DNA of 64,000 nucleotides from Octopus sinensis (Eukaryota), in NCBI RefSeq assembly GCF_006345805.1, contig NC_043010.1:14756001-14820000 (forward strand). The letters are read 5' to 3'. The notes under the pieces were generated by a model. It worked only from the letters and a program-made list of their open reading frames with translations. It was not told where the DNA came from and made no database searches. This document shows positions 53,877-64,000 of the stretch, one piece after another (position 1 is the stretch's first letter; the number at the start of each line of letters is the position of its first letter). The translations under genes were made by a program, and so were the position numbers.

Positions 53877-55083
53877 ATATATATATATATATAAAGCAAA
53901 TAATTAACAAGGGTGTCAAGGTATCAGTGCATTACGGCCGTTTCAAGCGGCTCCATTTAATCGATCAATGCAAACATTACATCAATTTGAAATTATCCGC
54001 TCTCTTCGGACGCGTACGACCGTAAAGATTTCCAACACACAGGATATCCCACTTCGCAAATTTTTCATCAGTACTAGAGACTAAAAGGCATTGCTTCTTT
54101 TGCTATTATTGTAGCAGAATGAATTCAGGGAAAAAAATTCCTAAAGGCTTCTAATAATTTTGAGTGGCAGAAGGAAATAATGGGGGTCAAGAAAAAGGGA
54201 TGGTGATATAGCCACATTCATCTTTATCCTTATTATATACAAAAGACCTAATGCAGCAAGTAGTCTACATCCCCTTAGAATCAAAACCATTGGGAATTGA
54301 CAGTTAAGTTCTTGTTGCTGGGGATAAATTCATTAATGTCAGATATTCTTCTCTACCCCTATTTCACTATGACCATAAATCAGCCATACCTACATAAAAG
54401 AATATATTAACATTAAATGTTAATAACAATTATCTCCCCTACAAAGTAGCTCTCAATGTTGGATTATACGATTGCTGGTAGCCATGATTAATTCATAGAG
54501 AGAAAATTACCATACAGATAAGTTAACATTTCTTTTTACTAACATTTCTTTTCCCTACTTTTATTCCACATTTCTGTTCATTATTTACTAAAGTAAAATT
54601 ATCCCAACAACTTCTAGTTATATAATTTTAGTTTGTCATGTCTTTATATAGGATGTAAAAAGCAAAATAAGTTCATAAAGATAGACTTGAAGATTGGCAA
54701 TACAATCGTTTTAATATGGTATTGTATTTAGAAACATTCTATTTCAGCAATATCGAGGAATATGTTGTCATGAAACGCGTGTAGTCTAGATAATGTAAAG
54801 TATATGATTTGAAATAAGAATTGAAGGTATTAATTTTGTTAATTTGGAATAAGGATTGTAGGTATTAATTTTGATAATTTTAATATTTAGTCCTATACGT
54901 ACATATTGTGGATAATGTCATTCAATGATGATTGAGTTGCTTGAGGGTGATTCTGTCTCTTAAACCTTTCTATTTATATGTATATAATACAGTGAGTAAT
55001 TCATTTTAGTACCACTAAATTGAGCTTTTCTCCCCTGTGGACTTGGAAATAACTTCCCTAATATTAATATATATAGATTAATA

Positions 55084-55154
55084 GGCGCAGGAGTGGCTGT
55101 GTGGTAAGTAGCTTGCTAACCTTCGTCGAAGTCGGACGTGTTTTTTTGGCGGTG
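55084..55154 (+). mobile_element. SINE-B head broken at 55121 by a foreign 5' end (cggacgtgttttttt), then an assembly gap
   Basis: ggcgcaggagtggctgtgtggtaagtagcttgctaacc|ttcgtcgaagtcggacgtgtttttttggcggtg. Confidence 0.75.
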
Positions 55155-55254
55155 NNNNNNNNNNNNNNNNNNNNNNNNNNNNNNNNNNNNNNNNNNNNNN
55201 NNNNNNNNNNNNNNNNNNNNNNNNNNNNNNNNNNNNNNNNNNNNNNNNNNNNNN
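55155..55254. other. 100-N scaffold gap
   Basis: Run of N. Confidence 1.
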
Positions 55255-55483
55255 GCGTGAGCTGGTAGAAACGTTAGCACGCCGGGCGAAATTCGTAGCC
55301 GTATTTCGTCTGTCGTTGCGTTCTGAGTTCAAATTCTGCCGAGGTCGACTTTGCCTTTCATCCTTTCGGGGTCGATAAATTAAGTACCAGTTACGCACTG
55401 GGGTCGATGTAATCGACTTAATCCCTTTATCTGTCCTTGTTTGTCCCCCCTGTGTTTAGCCCCTTGTGGGTAGTAAAGAAATA
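55255..55483 (+). mobile_element. SINE-A monomer
   Basis: Family match. Confidence 0.88.
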
Positions 55484-55538
55484 TATATATATTATATTAT
55501 ATTATATTATATGATATTATATTAAATTATCTTATATG

Positions 55539-55875
55539 AACACAACCGCAGCCCGGTCCGGGATGCGTGTTGGGCGCAGCCCGGTCCCCCCAACACGCAT
55601 CCCGGACCGGGCTGCGTGTTGTGTTCTTGAGCAAAGCACTTTATTTCACGTTGCTCCAGTTCACTCAGCTGTAGAAATGAGTTGCGACGTCACTGGTGCC
55701 AAGCTGTATCGACCTTTGTCTTTCCCTTGGATAACACTGGTGGCGTGGAGAGGGGAGGCTGGTATGCATGGGCGACTGCTGGTCTTCCATAAACAACCTT
55801 GCCCGGACTTGTGTCTAGGAGGGTAACTTTCTAGGTGCAATCCCATGGTCATTCATAACCGAAGGGGGTCCTAAA
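55539..55875 (+). mobile_element. SINE (label SINE-E) with an inverted 5' end and an 11-bp TSD
   Basis: TSD tatcttatatg at 55528-55538 / 55876-55886; 28-bp perfect inverted repeat 55547-55574 / 55589-55616. Confidence 0.75.
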
Positions 55876-56464
55876 TATCTTATATGCATATATATATTAT
55901 ATATATATATATATATTATATATATATATATGCATGAATGTGTACATATACACGTACAAATAATATTATTGCCAAGTAAATTCCTTAATTACATTCGCAG
56001 ATTATCCACACACTCTAAATGTATCATTAATTATTTAGTTGGCACTATTTCACCGAGATTCTCTAGTATCTTAGCTACTTATGAAATATCGCATTAGCAC
56101 TATCTGTATTACAACGAGAAATTCACTAAAAGTCTGTACACAGATACGGTTTATTATATTATACGCATAACAGAAATAAAAGATACATCTACTTTTATAA
56201 CCCAAGATTTGGAAGAAGTTATTTCATTGGCTAAATTATTCTTTCCACCCAACACTACCTAACACATGTACTACGATATCTTGAACAAAAACAGTGTTCA
56301 GCTATACTTTCTACTACACCGAATCTGGTTCAAATTATAGTTTCTTGTAAGGTAAAATAAATCCAAAATATCATATACATCCTACCAAAAGTTTTTACTA
56401 TCCTAAAAAAAATTGCTTGCAGCAAGAATACTGTGTGTGTATACTCTTCTCCTGCACCGAATTT

Positions 56465-56893
56465 GGATCTTTTCGGTTTGAACGGCAGTCTTTTCTAGCG
56501 GTGTCATATGAAATTGCCACCCATAATTATGACCCTAGAATCGATCTATTGCATTTCAATCTCTTTTAGGGTTAGGGTTAGTTAGGGTTTGGGTTAGGGT
56601 CAGGGGTGGGGGGAAGGGTATCTATTTTTCTTCACAAATGTAAATAAGCCCAATCTGTTTCTTAATCGAGAGACATATTCATACAGCACAGAATGCTTTT
56701 TAACTCAATAGACGTTGAAATTGCAGAAATTGAAGAAAAAGAAACAACAAATATCTTACAAACTATAGAATTTTCTCAATAAAGCCAAGAGAAAAAGATG
56801 TTTTATAAAGACATTCTACCAGTATACGAAGTTTAAAATCTTTTAGTTACCTAGAAATTATGTTAAAAACTGCCGTTCAAACCGAAAAGATCC
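56465..56893 (+). mobile_element. 429-bp MITE with GGATC TIRs and an 8-bp TSD
   Basis: Perfect 25-bp TIR ggatcttttcggtttgaacggcagt; TSD ccgaattt at 56457-56464 / 56894-56901. Confidence 0.95.
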
Positions 56894-58532
56894 CCGAATT
56901 TAGTACAAATTATTTGTTTTAATCAGATAAAGTAAACAGAAATTCTGAAAATCACTTTACTATTTGCAACTGTAATAATTCTTAAAAAGTGTCCACTGTA
57001 ATCCATGTCTTGTAAATAACGTCGCGTATAAATGTACAGTCCTGATATCGCGTATTGATAATATATAAGCCATACAATAACTTAAAACTAAGACACACCT
57101 CACTTACGAATTATTTTCGTTGCTTTCATAGATCCAAGGTACTTCCTTATGGGTTTGAATTTATTGGAAGTAGTATACCTTAACTTTGAAACTTAAATAA
57201 CCTCTTTTAAAAATAGGCAATCGCATTGCTGTAACAAGTCTTATAAATTACTTTCCACTAAGCTCTTTGAAATTCTTTTCTGTAAGAGATTTTTACTACG
57301 TAGAAAGTCTGTAGATATCCTTTTAGAATTACAAGAATCTAAAAGCATTCTTAAATTCCCATTTCGTTAGTATTACTGACCTTTTGCTACCCTTACGTAT
57401 ATTTAAACCTCTATAGAAGAATGCTACAACATAAAACTGTTTTTTTAAAATCTGGGTTCTAAACGCAATTCACTTACATCTAACTGATGTTTAAGATTGC
57501 CTCTTAACTCGATCCATACATACTGTGAGTACAATGCATAACAAAAGACTTATTATTGCTCTTTGTACTGCACTTTACATTTCACTACATGTTTACTTTA
57601 GAATTTTTCCATTTCCTACTCAATACATTTCCCATATAGCTATCATGTAGTGGCATTCACGAAAATGCATTCCTAAGAACCATCATCTTCATACATTCTG
57701 TTATGCTCAAACGCAGCTCCTTCTTTTTATAAAGCAATTTCCCTTGTTCTAGTTTGTTGAATTTACTTTATTTTTGATGTTTAATTTTGTTCATCAGTTT
57801 TTGAATTGGTAAATCACACTATGATTGTATCTTTTCAATCTGCTTTTTATGTTGTTACGTTACTACTTTTACACGTTGACACACCGTTTATAAAAGTTAT
57901 ACTATGTAGGTATTTTTTACTATGTTATTACAACCAGTTTATAAAATAAGACCATGTTACTTCTTATGAAAGTAGGACAAATATAATACCTTTTTGGTTT
58001 CACTTCTTTGTCCTTGGAGAGCGACCACGCTGGAGCATCGCATTGGAGGGTTTTTTTGTCGAACAGATCGTCCCCAGTTTCAATAATTATTTTAAAAGTC
58101 TCGTACTTATTGACCAAATCACTACGTTAGGGGGGGATGAAAAGGAGCCAACGCCGGTTATCAGAGGGTGGAGGTCAAAAACAAGCACAAAGACACATAC
58201 AGGTATACGGACGCAGACACACTCACACACACACACACATACAAATACACACACATACACACACACTCACATACACACATAAACATACAAAAGCACACAC
58301 ACTCAGATATACACGCACAGATACATACGCACACACATACACAAACATACACATGTACACTTATATATGAAGGATTACAGCACAGCTTTCGTCTACATAA
58401 TTCACTCATGAGGCATTGGTAGAGCGGGAGCTATAGAAGGAGATACTTGCTCAAGGTGCCGCGTAGTGGGACTGAACACGAAACCACGATGGCTGAAAAA
58501 CGAGCTCGGAAACTACACATCCCTATCTAGAT

Positions 58533-58871
58533 CTCTCTTTTACTCTTTTACTTGTTTCAGTCATTTGACTGCGGCCATGCTGGAGCACCGCCTTTAGTCG
58601 AGCAAATCGACCCCGGGACTTATTCTTTGTAAGCCCAGTACTTATTCTATCGGTCTCTTTTGCCGAACCGCTAAGTTACGGGGACGTAAACACACCAGCA
58701 TCGGTTGTCAAGCAATGTTAGGGGGACAAACACAGACACACAAACATATACACACACACTTATATATATACACATATATACGACAGGCTTCTTTCAGTTT
58801 CCGTCTACCAAATCCACTCACAAGGCATTGGTCGGCCCGGGGCTATAACAGAAGACACTTGCCCAAGATGC
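58533..58871 (-). mobile_element. 5'-truncated young SINE-B
   Basis: Family match; stops at gcccaagatgcc. Confidence 0.88.
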
Positions 58872-58884
58872 CAAGATAATATTT

Positions 58885-59103
58885 TTACTTTTATTTCTTT
58901 TTACTTGTTTCAGTTATTAGACTGCGGCCATGCTGGAGTGTCGCCTTGAAGAATTTTAGTTGAACGAATCGATTTCGGTATTCATGTTTTTTTTTAAAAG
59001 CCTTGTATTTATTTTATCGCCTCTTTTACCGAACCACTAAGTTAGGAGACGTTGACGCACTGACACAGGTTGGGAATCAGCGGTGGGGAACAAATACAAA
59101 CAC

Positions 59104-59189
<86 letters not shown>

Positions 59190-59976
59190 GTATACATGCG
59201 ACGAGTTTTTTCTTCTGCTTCTTATTTCTTTATTGCACACAAGGCGCTAAACTTAGAGGAGACAAACAAGGACAGACAAAGGGATTACGTCGGTTGCATC
59301 AACCCCAGTGCGTAACTGGTACTTATTTAATCGACCCCGAACGGATGAATGGCAAGACGACCTCGGCGGAATTTGAACTCAGAACGTAAAAACAAGCGAA
59401 ATACCTGTTTCTTTACTACCCACATGGGGCTAAACACAGAGGGGACAAACAAGGACAGACAAATGGATTAAGTCAATTATATCGACCCAAGTGCGTAACT
59501 GGAACTTGATTTATCGACTCCGAAAGGATGAAAGGCAAAGTCGACCTCGGCGGAATTTGAAATCAGAACGTAGCAGCAGACGAAATACCTATTTCTTTAC
59601 TACCCACAAGGGTCTAAACACAGAGAGGACAAACAAGGACAGACAGACGGATTAAGTCTATTATATCAAATCCAGTGCGTGACTGGTACTTAATTTATCT
59701 ACCCCGAAAGGATGAAAGGCAAAGTCGACCTCGGCGTAATTTGAACTCAGAACGTAGCAGCAGACGAAATACCGATGAGTATTTCGCTCGGCGTGCTAAC
59801 GTTTCTACCAACTCGCCGCCTTTTCCCCTCAGTTTCTGTCTACCAAATACACTCACAAGGTTTTGGTCGGCCTGAGGCTATAGTAGAAGACATTTGCCCA
59901 TTGTTCTACGCAGCAGGACTGCACACGAAACCGCGTGGTTGAAAAGCAAGCTTCTAAACTACACAGCCATACCTAC
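58885..59976 (-). mobile_element. Older SINE-B-like copy split by the SINE-A trimer
   Basis: The tail half is at 58885-59220 and the head half at 59821-59976. Confidence 0.7.
59223..59820 (-). mobile_element. SINE-A tandem trimer
   Basis: One head and three bodies; junctions at about 59405 and 59590 read tail|ggtatttcg. Confidence 0.92.
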
Positions 59977-61714
59977 ATAATATATTACTATTCTCAGCTA
60001 TTTTTTTTTTCACAATCTGTTAATGAGTGCAGTGTTATGCTGCATCTTCTTCCAACTGTTTATCATCAGTAAACCATCTTTTGCCGAATCCCATTCTATT
60101 CAATTTTAATCTAACGGCTGCAAAGCATAATCTTGTTTCCTTACTATTATCTTCGCCTTATTTGCACAACACACCTGAAATATACTGGAGACCCTGCTTA
60201 TTTACATTATACTTTGCTTCATTACAAACATTTTATTTGGCTACAGGTAAAGCAATTTTAGATTCTTATTCAATTATTAACAAGAGACTGCATTACTATT
60301 TAGAAATACTTAGGTTTCTTGCACTCTAGTGCAACAATTAATCTTGTCTTGATTTAATAATTCTGAAACTTCTCGTACACACAATCTTATATCCATTAGG
60401 ATATTTGCTGACCTCCCATCGTTATAGAATTTTACCTCCTTCCTTAGTATTTACTAACTAGTTTACTACTCCCAAGGCGAAACCGCATCATTTTAAACAG
60501 TTCTTTGGATCAATAAATATTTCACTTCAGTTATCGACAGCGCGCAAATCCGTTAGGGTTTCCGTTCAAATTATAATCTGCAATATTATATTGGAATTCC
60601 GTATTGTGAATACATTCTCTCTAGTTTCCAAATAATTTCTTTGTTTCCCCGCTAAACATTTCTTTGCTGTTTAGCGATTCTAACGTGACTTTTGAATAAC
60701 AGAAACTTTTCTCAATGTTCGCCGGCCAATTTTCTCTAAAATTCAGTTGTTTTTATTCTTAACACGACCGGTAGTATAATAATAATAATATTCCCTTCAT
60801 ACCTGCTCCATTACGCAATATTCCAGTTAACTATTTTTATTTTGATTCTTTCAAATACCACCGCTACACACTGCTTTGTAAATGTATGCAAAAAACCTCA
60901 TCTTCTTGCGCTAAAGAAAATCTCATTTTTTTTCCCTTTTTTCTTGTATAAAACTAGATAATTTATCTTATTTATATTTTATTCACGTAACTTCTCTAAA
61001 CCTTAAATATACCTTTACCTAAATACTACAGCTCTTCACTCTTTCGTCTTACTTTGAGTTTAATTCGTATCTTTATTCGTTCGGCTCTGACCACCGTTTA
61101 ACATTTTGCCGTCACACACACACATGCACACACATGCACATACACTCATTCACACTCACAGAAAACAAAACAATGTAAAGTGAAAGCCTTACTGCAAGTA
61201 TGGCTTTGCAAAGTGGTCAAGAAGATGGCTTTGAAACCACATGGGTTTCGGGTTCAATCAACTGTGCAGCATTTGTATATTCTCTGCTATAGTCCCGGGC
61301 CTACCAAAGCCTTGTGAGTCACTTCGGTAGAGGAGTAGGAGCCGAAACCGGATGTGGTTCCTCCTGATGATGTCTTGAGCTAACTGGATCCTATAAAGGA
61401 GCTGTTGTGGTAGCAGAACACAAAACACGGTTGCAATTCCTCCTATTTGCCCCAACTATGGTGCGTTTCTTCACCTTAATATTTGCCTTCTATCAACCCT
61501 ATGTTTTCCACCTTCTTTCTCATTCCTCACCACCTTCCCTCTTATTTCTGCTTAATCGTTTAATTACATTTTTTCTGATAAGTGGTCTTCACCGATTAAT
61601 TTTGTATTAACACTCATACAAAGAACAGTGTTTTACAGTGCATTTCGCACACCTGTTACACCTGTATCTTACCATTGTTAGGTATTACGTCATTAATAAT
61701 AATGATAATAATAA

Positions 61715-62029
61715 GCCGTGTGTTGAAAGGAATTCTTGGCGGTTTGAATAATTCACCTCTGGAAACATGGGTGTTTCGTTCAACATCCTTAAACAATCCT
61801 TATTCAGGAAACTTTTGAGCAGGATAGGCTACTCGACCAGAAGAAAATACTAACTGGGCCCCACCTGCAAGGTCATGCGCTGTTTATCTTGATATGAGAT
61901 CACCATGTCGCGCACATATGGTTGTGATGCCTGGTGTACCCTTATCAGACGGGTAGTCACGATGGGTATACTTGGCTTCGTATATTTTACCCCAGTGTCA
62001 CTGTGATGGCATGCACTGCTCTCTCTCAC

Positions 62030-62031
<2 letters not shown>
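61715..62031 (+). repeat. Probable interspersed repeat bounded by (AAT)n on both sides
   Basis: Non-simple block between TAA tracts; single copy here, so family status is unverified. Confidence 0.4.
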
Positions 62032-62066
<35 letters not shown>

Positions 62067-62089
62067 TGATGATGATGATGATGATGATG

Positions 62090-62130
<41 letters not shown>

Positions 62131-62491
62131 TTATTCTTTTACTGGCCACAAGGGCTCATATAAAATAACATTAAAAGACATGTAACAACATTAAAGACAA
62201 ACACGGGGTGATACAATGGGTTTTACTGCGTATACACAATATAATAACAATAAAAATTAAACAAGATAAAACTCCCAATAGGGGAGGTACTTTAATGACC
62301 TCGTGAGAAAACCCAGAAAAGCCACGGGTGCCTGAACAATAGGACAAGTGCCCTTCTCCTTTAGTTTACAGGTGCACGTTCAGAAGTGGTCCTTTCACAC
62401 TGGCCATTCTTCCAACATTCACCCACCTTTCAACAAACTTGCTACAAGGCAACACTTCCTTCTCCACCCTCAACTTTCTTTTCAAGTGATA
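62131..62491 (-). mobile_element. Tx1-clade 3' fragment, second lineage, abutting (TAA)n
   Basis: YHLKRKLRVEKEVLPCSKFVERWVNVGRMA* aligns with YHLKRKVRVERQVLSSECFKKRWVNVARMA at 32142-32290; ends agcccttgtggccagtaaaaagaataa. Confidence 0.82.
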
Positions 62492-63130
62492 TCAGATTGG
62501 AGTTCGGACTGAAAAAGTGTGATGTGTTAGTCTAGAAGAGAGGCAAAATAAAATGTATGGACGTGCTAGCGATACCGTCGGAGGAAGTTATGAAGCAAAT
62601 AGAAGAGACGTGCCATAAGTATTTGGGGATATTGAAAATGGGTAAATTGATGGAGAAAGAAATCACAGAAAAACGTAAGTCTACTTGTGCAGACTGAGAC
62701 TGATACCTAAGTCGAAATTAAAAGAAAGGAATAAAACTGAAGCTATCAACACATGGGCGGTTTCACTCCTTAGATATAAAGCAGGGGTAATCGCACGGAC
62801 AGAAGATAAATTAAATAGCTTAGACAGAAAGACAAGGAATTTGCTGACTAGATATGGGTCACTCCACCCAAAAAGTAACACAGACAGACTGTATGTACCA
62901 AGAAAAAGAGTGGAAAAGGACAGATTGGATGCGAATACAGCATTAGAGCAGAAGAAAACAACAAAGCAGGGTATGAACCGCTGTTATTGGAAGTAAGAGG
63001 ATCAGGCTTATGTTGGATGGAAAATTGCGAAGATAAAACACTGTACAAAGACTTGAGCATGAATGAAATTGAAAATAGGTGGATAAAGAAAAGAATGCAT
63101 GGGCAATTTAATAGGGATGTTAAGATAAGA
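62488..63130 (+). mobile_element. Third R4/Dong-like LINE fragment
   Basis: DIRLEFGLKKC, HKYLGILK, AINTWAVSLLRY, LDRKTR..SLHPKSNTDRLYVPRK. Confidence 0.82.
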
Positions 63131-63235
63131 CGTAAGAGTGAAAAGATGGCTATGGATGAGCCATCCATAGCCATAGTCAACCTCGGCGGAATTTGAACTC
63201 AGAACGTAGCGACGGCCGAAATGTCACTAAGCAGT

Positions 63236-63480
63236 ATGTATGTATGTATGTATGTATGTATGTATGTATGTATGTATGTATGCATGTATGTATGTATGTA
63301 TGAATGTATATATGTATGTATGTGTGAACGTTTGTATGTATGTATGTATGTATGTATGTATGTATGTATACATGTATGTGTGAACGTATGTATGTATGTA
63401 TGTATGTACGTATGTATGTATGTATGTATGAATGTATGTATGTATGTATGTATGTATGAATGAATGTATGTATGTATGTG
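63236..63480. repeat. (TATG)n microsatellite
   Basis: Direct reading. Confidence 0.95.
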
Positions 63481-63838
63481 TCTGTGCGAGTGCATTTGCA
63501 TACGTGCGCTCACACGCATACACACATTCAAAATAGAGTTTACCCCAATTCGCTGCTCAGACATCTTGTTGCTCGAGTAACGAGTAACATTGAGACATTT
63601 TGTCGAAAGAAACATCGCACGGAGATAGCGTTCACAAGGTTATGCTCATAGTTTTAACTGCATTTTCAATGAGGTAAATGAGAAATTTGAGTTTTCGTTG
63701 GATATTTTGCAGGGTGATTAACTGACCGTTGCTCTGTACGGATAGCAAACTTTGATTTGGGTCTATTATTATTTTTAAATTCATTTCTTTGAAGGTGGTA
63801 ATTGGGGGATTTCCTTAAATTATTTATTTATTAACAGT

Positions 63839-64000
63839 GGAGGCGCAATGGCCCAGTGGTTAGGGCAGCGGACTCGCGGTCATAGGATCGCGGTTTCGAT
63901 TCCCAGACCGGGCGTTGTGAGTGTTTATTGAGCGAAAACACCTAAAGCTCCACGACGCTCCGGCAGGGGATGGTGGTGATCCCTGCTGTACTCTTTCACC
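63839..64000 (+). mobile_element. SINE-C 5' part, running off the window
   Basis: ggaggcgcaatggcccagtggttagggcagcgg...ggtttcgattccc. Confidence 0.85.

Noticed and set aside
56566-56605. Telomere or chromosome-fusion scar
   Set aside because: The TTAGGG repeats are internal to a MITE present three times in the window.
59223-59820. Repeat-spacer (CRISPR-like) reading of the SINE-A arrays
   Set aside because: Units are about 185-bp full repeats with no unique spacers, there are no cas genes, and the context is eukaryotic.
60560-60840. Possible mariner transposase relic on the minus strand
   Set aside because: Similarity is too weak by eye and no TIRs were found.
63839-63911. tRNA gene candidates (also 24923, 25690, 2112)
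   Set aside because: A/B boxes are present, but no proper acceptor stem or terminator follows and each continues into a repeated body. These are SINE heads.

Overview
Repeat-dense, AT-rich animal genomic DNA. The tRNA-derived SINEs and the microsatellite load resemble Octopus / coleoid cephalopod sequence; this is inferred from recalled repeat consensus and was not searched. I find no supportable intact host gene: most listed ORFs are microsatellite translations, and the rest are transposon remnants. The window holds decayed R4/Dong-clade RLE LINEs (x3), Tx1/L1-clade 3' fragments (x3), a Penelope-like RT, an RTE-group and a CR1/Jockey-group fragment, a mariner remnant, several MITEs, a non-autonomous Helitron, and about 25 SINE copies from 5 families (A-E are my own labels). 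Four observations stand out. (1) A 2.1-kb ORF1-only (HAL1-like) element sits in the tRNA head of SINE-B with a 16-bp TSD, and a second SINE-B head is broken at the same base by a similar 5' end. (2) The 3' terminus of the abundant SINE-A matches the 3' ends of the Tx1 fragments, and SINE-A is usually followed by GGTA, including at its own head, where it forms tandem arrays. (3) Tx1 fragments sit in (GATA)n and (TAA)n tracts. (4) A perfect 64-bp-arm palindrome folds as two back-to-back type I hammerhead ribozymes. Together these suggest a Tx1-driven, target-specific retroelement ecosystem. All coordinates were counted by hand and may be off by a few bases.
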